A stretch of 62,000 nucleotides of DNA from NCBI RefSeq assembly GCF_001949145.1, contig NW_019091401.1:1178001-1240000 (forward strand), given 5' to 3'. How positions within the stretch are numbered: the stretch's first letter is position 1; each line of letters opens with the position of its first letter. A model generated the notes under the pieces. That model was given only the letters and a program-made list of their open reading frames with translations, had not been told where the DNA came from and ran no database searches. The DNA comes from Acanthaster planci. Lineage: Eukaryota. The translations under genes were made by a program, and so were the position numbers. Of the stretch, positions 12,621 to 24,104 are shown one piece after another.

Positions 12621-13842
12621 GAATTGACAAGCGATGGCATTACAGACACCTTGGACGGCGTTTCAGTAAGTACCAACGGCCACCAAAAATAACGTTAAAA
12701 ATAAACTTATCAAAAAACTTGGAAACTCTCGTTCAAGCTCGTTGTCTAGCGACTTATCCCGAATAATCAGGTTGAGTACATTAAGCCGTCGTAAACCCCT
12801 CTTCCCATTCGCCACGAAAACTGACCAAGTTGTCTTTGCTGATCTCAATAAGGTCCGAGGTTAATTCCAGTATAGCTTTTGCTTAGATATGAAAACTATC
12901 AGATATGAACCAAATTTCTTTAAACATGATCCTTCGTAATCTTGCGGTCCATCTCTGGAAGCATCGCGGTGTCTTGAAGATATTTTCTTTCACGAGCAAT
13001 TCAGAAACTAAGTGACAAAAACATACTGCCATAAATATTCTCCTTATTCTGCCACGACGTAATTTACCAAGTGTGATTCGTTTGTAATTGATCAAGCCAA
13101 TTTGTTTTTGCGGTAATGCAATTCTGAGGTCAGATAAAGTTTTGTCAGTGAATCTCTTTTCCTTATATGAAGGCAGTTGATTACAATTATTTTCCGTTTA
13201 TATTTTGACCGTAAAAACGGAATCTTGATGGCAAAAGAAGTTGCAATGTATACAGAGCATTAACCACTCATATACATACTCAATTTGATGTACAAATCCT
13301 CGATTTAAGCGATCGAAGTTACAAAGTCTTTATCCAACATTTTTCTATATTCGATATACTTGATCTTTGGCCTTGGCAATACCCTTCGACAACGAACATT
13401 ACTGTAGGTTGTTAAAAATTAATGAGTTGCCGTAAAAGCTTTATGTCGTCAGCGAGGCACCGCACCATGAGAACACGTGCATCAATAATTAGAATATGAG
13501 GAATACTATCATTTGTTATAGAAAACTTAGCTTTAATGAGGCATATTGCCTCTAGCTTATTAAGCGAGCTCCTTCTCTACGACGCTTAGAAAAATTTTAA
13601 TGCGTCACATTGCCTTGAGTCTATTATGCGAGCTCTTATTGCAAGAATGGCGTAGAGCTAAAAACGACCGTGTTATCAGTTGTTTTAACGAGTAAACCGC
13701 GCAACATTTGTTTTAGAAGGTGTTGCTCAAGGGAGTGATTTCTTTTTTTTTTATTTAGAGGTGTACTTCTCAACGATTTCTTCTTCCATAGGGTTGGTGA
13801 CACCCAAGCTTCTTCAATATACTGCGGGTAGTCCACACAAGC

Positions 13843-13979
13843 GCAGCTAGGGGAGCGAGGCCGTCTAGTGGGGTGTCGTTGAGGATTTTTTTTGCCCTGG
13901 TATACGGTACCTATGGGGGAAATGAAGTGGGTGCAGGGTTGGGGCGGGGCTGGTCTAGAATCCTCATGTGTCCCCTACT
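13843..13979 (-). repeat. Polinton right terminal inverted repeat
   Basis: Reverse complement aligns to 8178-8333; ends ..cctact. Confidence 0.85.
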
Positions 13980-16216
13980 GGTGGCCCATGCATAGTCCTA
14001 ATCATACAGTGTGATTTTTGCTGACAATTACTCCACTTTCTTACCTTGGTAAAAGAAATTTGTGAAAAAAATGAATTGAAAATAATAAGGTGACAGGAAA
14101 TTGGTACAAATCTCATGTACTTGCTAAGAAATACTAAAGGCAAGCTTTTCCCTCTTGGGTTTGATTCCATTCGGTACAATTTTTGAAACCTGAAAACCCA
14201 AATTGTTTTTAAATATTACTTTTCCTTTAAAATGCCGCGCATATACATCTTCACCACAAGAGCCTTAATTACAAGTCACACTCACCGATATCAAAAAAGT
14301 GCCGACTGCCGTGTATTTCTAAGCAAGTTGTAGCAGTAGTGTGGACGGCGAATTCTAGGCGTTCCAGGGGCAAGTTAAATGCGCCTTGCTTGGGATAAGC
14401 AGTCTTGGACGAGTTGGTCATAATCACAGTACACACCGACAGGATACCCTCGGTCATCGCACGCTCAAGACTAGACTGATCCGGTGATGACCTAATTCCC
14501 TCAGTCGTCGCACGCTCTTGGATGAACTGATTGTCTTGGTCGCCAATTTTCGGGCACCGGTCCTTTCTCCTTGGCAGGACAGATTTCAACCACAAACGCC
14601 TGTTGAATGTCTCCCTAGAACCCGACGGAGACATGGCACCGAAGTACAAGGTTCTCATCTCACCCTTGGCGAAATAAAATGTACCTTGAGGGGGAAAGAG
14701 TTTTCATAATTATGAGAGCAACGAAAGAAAAGGCAAATTTTACAAAAATGCAGTTCAAAGTGACTTGATTTTTCAATCAAAACTTAGCATTACAGGTCTC
14801 ATAAACCTAGAGACAGCCAAACACGACTCTTGAGGCAAATAAACACCTACTGAAAAAGAGTCCCTTATTACTTAGGAACTATGAAAAAATGAAGAATACC
14901 TCAAGAACGTTTGACATCTTTTCTGGTGTTTGTATGTTTTTCGTCTTTTCATTTTTTTAATCCCTTTATTGTAGGCAATATATAAATCCATAATGATGAG
15001 TTCAATTTCTGCTTATTTTCTAGCTAAGCTGGGAAACAGTTTTACAAGCAGAGTTTAAATATCACCGGAAATCTTTTCATGGGCAAATAACTTATAATTA
15101 CTTGGCAATTAATTTGTCACATATCAGTGTTGGAGTGACATTTGCAAGCAAATCTCAAGAGTCAAATATTACAGACTCTATTTTCCCATTAGGTGCATGA
15201 TACAAGACTACTTGGTTATTCTGAATATACACTGTAAAAACGGCGTTTAGAGTTTAAACCCTTTTTGGATCCACTTAAAAAAAAAGATTAACCCTTGATA
15301 TGATTACAAAGAATGTGTTTAAAGCGCTTTTCAGTGGTACATGTTTAGCTTCGTTTAACTTATTCGCTTAGCATTTAAACACATTCTTGGACGCATTCCA
15401 GTGTTAATGCCCAAGCGTGCCCTGGGTGAAACGGTTTCACCCTATTTTCTGGGCTTTTCAAGATATGTGTTTTCAAGGTAGGGGGATGGTCCAATTAGAA
15501 CCATTCCCATCGAGACCTCAGAGATGAGATGCCCAATTGACACGAAATATTGCATGGAGATATAATAAATTATTTAAAACATGTTTATATGGAAAATTTA
15601 AGTGATATCATGTTTATTTTTTAAATTATGTGTACAGTAATTAGCGAAGTGTGCATGTTTTATGCATATTTTCAATTTGAACAGACCCCAGTTGACTTGA
15701 AATAAAACAAAGACATGAATTATCATGTAAATAAAATAAAAGCAATGTCTATTAATATTTTGTTTACATTTGCATATTTCATGCATGAAAGTTGCATACA
15801 TTATACTCATACATTGTGTGTGCATGATTATTATCATTATTTTTTATTTCTTTTGTGTCATTGTTGGAATTTTTCCCACATACGTTGTTTGCTTTTACAT
15901 CAGTATATTCACATTGAGAAAGAAAACATACGACTTGATCACGATCGGACAATTTGATATTTGTAGTGGCTTGGGAGTATATAGCGAGGAAGGTAAAATC
16001 CCTCCCCCTGAGTCAGTTTAGGGTTAAGAAGAAACAAAAGTGTTTAGAAGAGTGTTTAAAAGCGCCAATGTAGCTCAAATTGTAATGATTTTAGAATGCC
16101 AACGTTGAATTATCATTTATCGTAAAATAGACCTATCTGCATAAATATTGTATGAATAATGAATGTTTCACATTCATGCAGTGTTGAGAATAATTTTCAT
16201 GAGGAGAAAGATGAAT

Positions 16217-16338
16217 TCACCTCACCTCACCTCACCTCACTTGCCACCTCAACTCACCTCACTTGCCACCACAACTCACCTCACCTGCCACCTCAACTCA
16301 CCTCACCTGCCACCTCAACTCACCTCATATGTCACCTC
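16217..16338 (+). repeat. (CTCAC)n microsatellite with ~23-nt higher-order unit
   Basis: Repeats of ctcac arranged as tgccacctcaactcacctcac(c/t). Confidence 0.9.
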
Positions 16339-18765
16339 ATGACATTTTTCTTGCCACTGCACTAATAGACTTTCATTATCTGTTTCATACAATGTCTGCA
16401 TAAAATCTCTTCTGTTAGGTGAACAAACAGTCCTCCCATACATGTATTTACGTCTGCCACCTTGCAAAACAGACTGGTGTCCCAAGTGTTACCAAAGGTA
16501 CCCCTTGCAATGTAGGCTTGTTTCCGTCCTTACATTTCCTCTTTCTTACCAGGAATGAAATATATAAAATGGGGGCGGGAACAAGTCAATTGAATTTCTA
16601 CTCAATGGTTACTGTGGAATAGAACAACTAATTCAGTGCATGTGATCAACAATTTACAAACCAGACGACGGGGATTTATGCAGGAATTGCAAAAAATGTT
16701 TCGTTTTACTCGGCGTCGCATCGTGGAATGGAACATTTCATCTGTCCCCAACTGAAATCATTCAAACCATCGCACTAAAAGGTATTCATTATTTGTATAG
16801 AATGTTATTGTTGTATAGTTGAATGGCTAGTCAAGATGCCAGAAGGCATGTGTTTCTGAGACATCTTATTTGCGTGCACTGTTCGCGCTACTGCTCGTTA
16901 TTGTGAACAATAAAACACTATCTTGCGATCACTTTATAAACATCTGTAATATTAAGCATATTTAGAGCACTAGAGTTGGAGATTGTTTCGGGAATTGGAT
17001 TGGTACTGCTTAGACTCTAGACGTCTATAGAAACATAGAAAACTTGTGCTATAATGCCAAGCACACTTTTAGAGTAATCATAACATCTACAACACATCAA
17101 AATATTGCCCTATGCTCCCCCGACAAGAAACAAAACACAGCATGAAAAGAATACAAATGATCAGCAGTGAAAGAGACCGTGAAAAGAATTAATTATCCTA
17201 TCACTTTTAGTTGAGGTGAAGACGGAATCTTCTGAATTGCTTTTAGAATGTGCCACGTTCACATTAAAAGGCAGATTTTATTCCCGTTTTCACTGGTCTT
17301 GCTGAATATAACCGTATAAAAAGTAACAGAAAACACTCAATATATTTGACAAAAAAATTTTTATGGAAAGTTACATACCACAAAATAGTGCCAAGATTGC
17401 CACCCAAACGACGTGTGAACACATAATTCATCCACTGCAGTTGATCCAATGCTGTTGTCAAGTTTCTGCGAAAGTCACTTTCTGGCTGGCAGGATTCACA
17501 CGGAGGAGACTGCATATAATTAATCCCAGCCAATAAAAATACCTTTTATCATGGCAGCCTCATCATTACCAATTTTACGGCAAACTCAGTCATTTGTACC
17601 GATACTGGGAGTTTGTCATGAGCAATTAAAACATTTCTACCTGAACACTGATGCAGAAAAGCCACCACTATTTTAATTAAAAACGCCTTTTGGTCATTTG
17701 TTGCCATTCGTTTGTGTCTAATTTTTCTCAAGGTGGTTGGTTTTCACAATATCCCCCTCTTTCCCAGATCGATGCGAATATTTCAGCACTGCGTACACTG
17801 AAAGCCACACTTGCGACAACTATGAACAACAGCAGAAGTTGGTTTTTTTGTGTTTTTTTTTTTGGCGGTGTCTGAAATCAACAGGCTGAAGCTGGGGGCA
17901 AGACACACGTCTATGGGTAGTGGCTGCAGTCGTTAGCTAGTGGCTTCTCCCAGGAATGAGCCGTACCACGGCCTTGCGCCCGATTCTCCGAGGTAAAACG
18001 TAGCGGGTTTAGCAAAGCTCTGGAGGACCGGAGGTGGTAGCGTAAGTTTGGATGTAAGCGTGGACAAGTTGAAGATAACTGGGCTACTCTCTTCAATTGG
18101 GCCTAAGACTAGACGTGGAAACGAACCAAAGTGTGCCAAATTGGATTGTTTGTAGGAAGCTACAGTAAAATTCAGCTTCGTTGTAATGTTCATGTTCTCA
18201 TACAGTAAACAAAAAAGATGTATTTCTTGAGCAGACGATAAAGTTTAACAAGCAGTTTCACGGCAACAACGCTCTTGCTTACGGGTGCAAAAAGAACACG
18301 TGTTGCCGAACACGCATGTCAATCGAAAACTCTTGCGCTTCCAAGTCATCTTGCGTTCATTCCAATATATGATCGCTACTTTAATATTCTTCACATGTAA
18401 CCATGAAACTGCTCATTGAAAGATAGGTCCCTTGTATCGCAAAATGTTTATTATATTGCTTAAATGAAAGACGCTAACTTGGAAAGCTGTGAACTCTTGA
18501 TCAATTATTGATGTATAACATTGAGAGCACCTTATTTTATTTGATTTCCTTTTTAATTTTGCCAGTTCGTATGCCAAAATGTCGCACAGGCCTATCGGCT
18601 ATAATGCCCCTTTTTGTTGTTTGAAAGTAAACCGTGGTCATCATACCTCATTTTTAAAGATCAATTGATTTTACATTACTTTAACATTCACAGATGCTGC
18701 TGCAAGAAGACTGATGATTAATTACCCGAATGACATTGGCACCGGCGCGTTCTTTCACCAGGCAT

Positions 18766-21700
18766 TGGTGGAGTCACGATCGTGATGCGCAGATATTCAA
18801 GTGTCAGTCTGAACATCACGAATAACCCTAACCCCCTAGGGTGTATGTAAAATCATATTGAGATTGGAGGATTTGGGACTGTTAGGGTTAATGAAGGTGA
18901 CGCAGCTGGTAGCAAAACCAAATCATCTCCCAAAACGAAAAAGTGATAATAAACTGAATAATTATTAAAATTGGAGACTCCAGACCCCAAGCACCACTTG
19001 TGATGGCCCCAGAACGCAAGAGTACCCTATTTGATGGCAAGGAAGGCGAAATCCATAACTTTCTCACAAGCATAAAGAATAGGCCTACGTTTGAGTGCTA
19101 TTCTATTCCCGAGGACCAGAGGGGCCATTTCCTCCTGGACTATGTCAGTGGGGGACAGCGGGCAGAAGTGAAGGGCTTGCTCCAGGAAAAAAGGGTGTCA
19201 CCAAAATCTTGTCCTTCCTGCAAGAGTCTTACGATGAAAAAGCTTGCAATTGGGGAGTTACAGTGGCTCTTCTTGGAGAGGAAGCAACACCCGCGGGTTT
19301 TGCTGTGGAATTGGAGAAGCGCTTCCTTAGACTTACAAGGCGCAATGCGAAGCTCTAATCCTCTCCAAATTCTGCTCTAGCTGAACAGTTTTAGAGTTGG
19401 AAGACAATTACCTGCGAAACACTTGCCGGGACTTGAACGAACGGGGATCGGTGACCTCTTTCCGAGACCCGCGGGAGTATGCCCTTAAAGCTGAAGGACA
19501 GGAGTTGGCAAGTAGCAAAGCAACTGCACCTGGAATGGCCTATCAAGTAGCTATCCAGACGAGTAATAGGTCAGTAATACAGGGAACATTACGAATGAGG
19601 ATGTCCTGGGAGCTGTATGGGAGATCCTCAAATCGAACTCTACGGCCAAGAAGCCCCGACCACCGAATGAGAAGATAATTCTTGGGGAGGCTGGTCGAAC
19701 TGCCTTCAAGGACAAAATCAGTCGTCTGACCAAGGCTCCTCTCCTTTGCTGTGCGAATTTCTCGAAGCCATCCCGTTTGGAGACTGACGATAGTGGTACC
19801 GGTTTGGGGGCAGTGCTGTTTCAGGAGGAAGATGAAGGGAGGCAGAGCAGAGTGGCCGCTGCAGCACATTCAAGCTTGAGCTACTGGCTCTTAGGTAGGC
19901 GGTAAGGGAAGTCTTTAAAGACTACTTGTTGGGACACCAGTTCTCAATCGTAACCATTCACTACCCTCTTCTGCTCCTTGACAAGGCCCGCTTAGGTTGC
20001 ACGGAGATGAGATGGATTTTGCAGACGAGCGCCTACAACTATAACTGATTTTCTGTCGAGGCGAGCCGAGTTCGGAAGTTGTGAAGGTACTCCGGCAGAG
20101 GACCCCTTGGACTGCAGTGCTCCTGTTTCAAGCTCGACAATTAGTGCTTCTCTAGATGGGCACCTGTCCCAAAAAATGTGCCAGTCGTGGTCCGTGACCA
20201 CATATATGCTTGTCGTTTGGGCGGTATCTCTTGCCTCCCTGGTCGTCCAGAGGAGCAAATAGCAGCTTTCCAGAACGACGACACCACCTTAAAATGTGTA
20301 ATCCCTTGCGACGAGATAGGGGTGCCACCTACGCTGGGTGAGTGAGCAACCAATCCAAAGGAGGCATTGGCGTGAATGGAAGTGGTTATTCGTGCAAGAT
20401 GGTAGTTTGCAGAGGAAAGCAGTCTCTGCAGCCACTCACCAAGTCTTGTTCAAACTGGTACTTCCTGCTGTTGTCTAAGAAGAGACTCTCGTTAGGTTCC
20501 ATGATCTCTGGACCCAAACGAACCTTTCAACTCTTTTGGGATCGGGTTCACTGGCACAACATGGAAAAGCGTCCAAGGACTGATGCGCCAAATGCAAACG
20601 CTGTGATACCACAAAGGCTCCTAATCGACAGACCCGGTCACCCTTTGGGACATTGGCAGCGATTGCTCTAGTGAAAGTCTTGGCAATGGATTATACCCTC
20701 TTAGAAGCCTCTACTAGTAGCCATGAGAATGTAATGGTAGTAACTGGGGTTTTCACTAAGTATATGTGGGCACTTACCACGAAGGACCAGAAGACACCAA
20801 TCTTAGCCATGCAGGTTTTAGGTCTCCAACGTGTGCTTTCCATTGGGGTGCCCCCTCCGCCCACATTTCGACCGTGGGCGTAATTTCGAGTCACTAGTTA
20901 TCTTGTCCGTGCCAGATGCACGGGATACAGCAGAGTCATACGACATCTTACCACCCGTCTGGTAATGGTCTGTGTGAAAGATATAATTGACCCCTGCATA
21001 ATGTGCTCACCACTCTCCCGGAACAGAAGAAAACTGAGTGGCCTGAGTATCTACCCGTCCTGATCTATGCGTATAACAACACAAGACATGCGACAACAGG
21101 AGTAGACCCATTTATCCTAATGTTTGGTAGAAATGGACGCTTCCCGCCAAGCACAGACGTAGGCGGAAAAGCCCAACATTCTGGTGACGTTAGAGATTAC
21201 ATGCGTCGCCATCTGTCGCACTTGCGAACGGCGAGACGGATTGCCAGGGTGAACAACGAGAATGCTGTCAAGCAAGAAAGGCTGTAAGAACGGTCAAGAA
21301 AGTATTAAAACGGCCCCTCGATGTTGGACAGCATGTCCTTCTCCGTTGTCGGACTTGTGCCAAGATTCAGCATTACTGGGAGGAGGACCCCTACTTAGTT
21401 GTCCGCTGTACCTTTCCTGACAGTCTATTCTGGGTTTAAGAACCATTCGGGCAAGGAGAAAGTTCTCAATCGTAGTGACCTTAAGCATTATCCTTGGTTG
21501 TCGGGAGTCAATAACATCAGTCTTCCGCAAGTGAGAGTGAAGATGACCCTCATTAGGGGAGGATTCCCTGCACCTGACGACTGGCCATATTCTGTATCAG
21601 TAGAGGTTACAGAAGCGCTGACCCAAACGACAGTTCCACCCACGAGGTGGCAGATGTCGGTATTTCTGGGAAGGTAGTCAGGCAGCCAGAGGAGTGAACC

Positions 21701-21800
21701 CTGTTTTGTTGGATATATAGATTTTTTTTTGCATATTCTGAGAAAGGAGGTCATACTTTTGAAGATTTTGAATGACGACACCTTGTCCCGGTAGGGCAAT
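18766..21800 (+). mobile_element. Decayed Ty3/Gypsy LTR retrotransposon internal region (gag, RNase H, integrase; protease and RT deleted)
   Basis: Possible PBS TGGTGGAG at 18766; gag-like 19000-19500 (FDGKEGEIHNF..FLLDYVSG); RNase H link AFKDKISRLTKAPLL..NFSKP..LETDDSGTGLGAVLFQ; integrase after RNase H. Boundaries approximate, LTRs not resolved. Confidence 0.85.
20450..21290 (+). pseudogene. Gypsy integrase remnant
   Basis: GPKRTFQL..RVHW, C..C..C, VLAMDY, VFTKY, HFDRGRNFES, TTSYHPSGNGLCERYN, WPEYLPVLIYAYNNTRHATTGVDPFILMFGR. Confidence 0.9.
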
Positions 21801-22221
21801 TTAAGATATCAATTGTTTCTGTTGTTATCGATATATTATCGATATATACTGCGTTTGCACGATTAAAAAGAAACTTATACATGTGTTATGTTGTGGATAT
21901 TCTGAGCAGTAAGGATGTTTTAAGAATTTAAATGATGAAACCCTGTCGGGGTGCGACAGTTTCAGATATCGAGTATTTCTCTTTTGGTCGATATTTTATC
22001 AATATAAATGTGTTTGCTCAGTTAAAAAAATACTCTTAGACTAACAAAATGTTTATAAAAAATATCCCATCAGTATATGTCAAAATAAATAAGGAACAAA
22101 AGCCTTAAAATGTTGACCTGTGGTGAGGTACAGTAAGGGTTGGCATTAAACCACAAAACTGAAGTGAGAGTTCCCTATGTTGTCATTTTCAGTCCAATTT
22201 CTCAGAAAAGACATTGTAGGA

Positions 22222-22430
22222 CAGTAACGGAGCCACGGATGGCCCCCCCCCACAAATTCCCCGTGCCCCCCCCCCAGATGCACCCCCACTGAAAAAAAGG
22301 ACGAANTATTGAACAAGGCTAACAAAAACTTGCCCGAAAAAGCCACACAACTGAAAGCTGGTGCCCCCCATAAGAAGCTGGTGCCTCTTTTGCCCCCCCC
22401 CCCACTAATAAAATCCTAGCTACGCCACTG
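22222..22430 (-). mobile_element. hAT-like MITE (CAGTGGCGTAGC family), inverted homolog of 54906-55134
   Basis: Ends aaaatcctagctacgccactg; degenerate opposite end cagtaacggagc; flanks cattgtagga/cattagga. Confidence 0.75.
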
Positions 22431-23644
22431 CATTAGGACTATATTAGGAGAATGGCTTCAAAACGAGATAATCGGTGGAATAAGACATATACACTTACAT
22501 ATCTATCAGATTTAAAGAAAGAGTGCGAGTTGGCAGCTGGGCGGTAGGTTGACAGAAATAAATGGCAGTCATTGAGCCACGGAAACCATGATCTGAGCGT
22601 CTCCTCTCCACTGGAACCTGCCTGCCTGTGTTCCTCCCCCCCCCTTCCGCTGCTAATCACTGCCATAGCCAGAACTAGCGAACGGGCTCCCATTCACCAA
22701 TTCGTTGACCCACACCATTTCCTCTGATCTTGTTTCGGCCCCACCTTTAATTTCCACCTCCCTTGTACTTGCCTCCACCCCGTCCGGAGGAGGGTTTCCA
22801 TACAAAAGAATATCCTGGTTTCCAAGAAAGCTTGGTTTCCAACAATTGAAATTTTGTTTTGGAGAATGAATTTTCCACGGTCTGACAAGGGGTGGAACCA
22901 CCTGGTCATAATTATGTGCCTTAATTTTTATTTTTATGTTAATAATAATAGCCAAAGGTTGATGTTGTCGACATTTCAGAACTGAAATTTGATATAATTT
23001 TGGAGATTTTTGTTTCTGTAATAAATCAAAAAGCGTCCAGTACATGGCAACAAGATAGTGAGCACAGTTTCCTCATATACCGTGTCTCACCGTAGTAACA
23101 GTCTTCGATCCTCCAACAGGTGAAGGACTGAGGATGGGTAAGGTTAATGAACAAAATGTATTAATAGTTTTAACAAAGCCTCATGTGAGAGAAGATTGGA
23201 AATATAAATGTTTACACTACTCCCACGCAAAGTTGTCGCAAGAGGGGGTACTGCAAGTACTACCATTACGGTAGCTCTGGAGCACAGCTGTTACACTTCA
23301 CAAGGGTCTGCAGAGAAACCTGTAAAACAGATTGTCAACTTAAGAAAGTGATGCAGACTTACATGAGTATCCATTATGACACGAGATAATGACGTTATAC
23401 ATGAACATAAATAATATAGGAATAAAAATCCAGGAGTAAGGGAAACATCAGATACAGATACCCCCTAATTTTTATATCCAACCCATTAAGCAATTCCAGT
23501 AAACCAAAGAGGACACATTATTGACCTCCTTGCTTCGTATCTGGTTCGTAAGTTTAAGCATAGAAAAACCATTTACAACACGTGCACGACGAAAAAACCG
23601 TCTTTTCACTACCTTAAAGCACGTGAAAGAACTCTTGTCGGCAA

Positions 23645-23712
23645 GCTGCCACAATGGTCTAGTAGATAACGAGTTGGACTATAGATTTTACTGTCCTGAG
23701 TTCGATTCCCTT
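23645..23712 (+). pseudogene. tRNA-derived (SINE head-like) sequence
   Basis: A-box-like TGGTCTAGTAG and B-box GAGTTCGATTCC at tRNA spacing; no clean cloverleaf. Confidence 0.4.
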
Positions 23713-23950
23713 TGAAACTGCTTTTTCCCATTCTGTTTTTCTTCACCAAGTATTTTGTTCAATCCTTAGTTATGTACCTAGGCCCTATCTCATTGAAGAT
23801 TAAAGTTCATACATAATTGCCAGGGACTCAGTACTGTAGCTCACTACTTTTATGTTCACTTTCCCTTGTCAATGCAACCTACCAGTTCAAGTCTAACAAG
23901 GGAGGACTACTTGAGAGGGAGAGCTTATCTACCACTAATAATCAACGGAC

Positions 23951-24082
23951 TGTTGTATGTGAAGACCCATATTCAGTACTGCCATGTTGAGACAGACTAA
24001 AACTACCATCAACCAGGGAATCCTGTCCTGTTATGATTATTGTATGAGTTGGATAGCCTGATCCCAGGATAACAGTCCTACA
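23951..24082 (+). repeat. BEL 5' LTR (3' portion)
   Basis: Direct repeat of 28472-28597, ending cccaggataacagtcctaca. Confidence 0.9.
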
Positions 24083-24087
24083 GAAAA

Positions 24088-24104
24088 TGGTCCTTTGAGC
24101 CGGA
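24088..24104 (+). promoter_or_regulatory. Primer binding site, tRNA-Tyr type
   Basis: TGGTCCTTTGAGCCGGA 5 nt after the LTR's terminal CA; one mismatch to TGGTCCTTCGAGCCGGA. Confidence 0.8.

Larger units (their letters stand above)
8178..13979 (+). mobile_element. Internally deleted Polinton/Maverick (adintovirus-like) element
   Basis: Terminal inverted repeats starting AGTAG enclose decayed protein-primed PolB, minor-capsid-like and membrane-protein-like frames. Confidence 0.85.

Noticed and set aside
15287..16027. Possible piggyBac-like MITE (ttaaccct ... agggttaa)
   Set aside because: Only an 8-nt match; left end cannot be defined
18823..18890. TAACCCTAACC / TTAGGGTTA telomere-like words
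   Set aside because: Under two units each, inside the Gypsy leader; neither an array nor a telomerase template context
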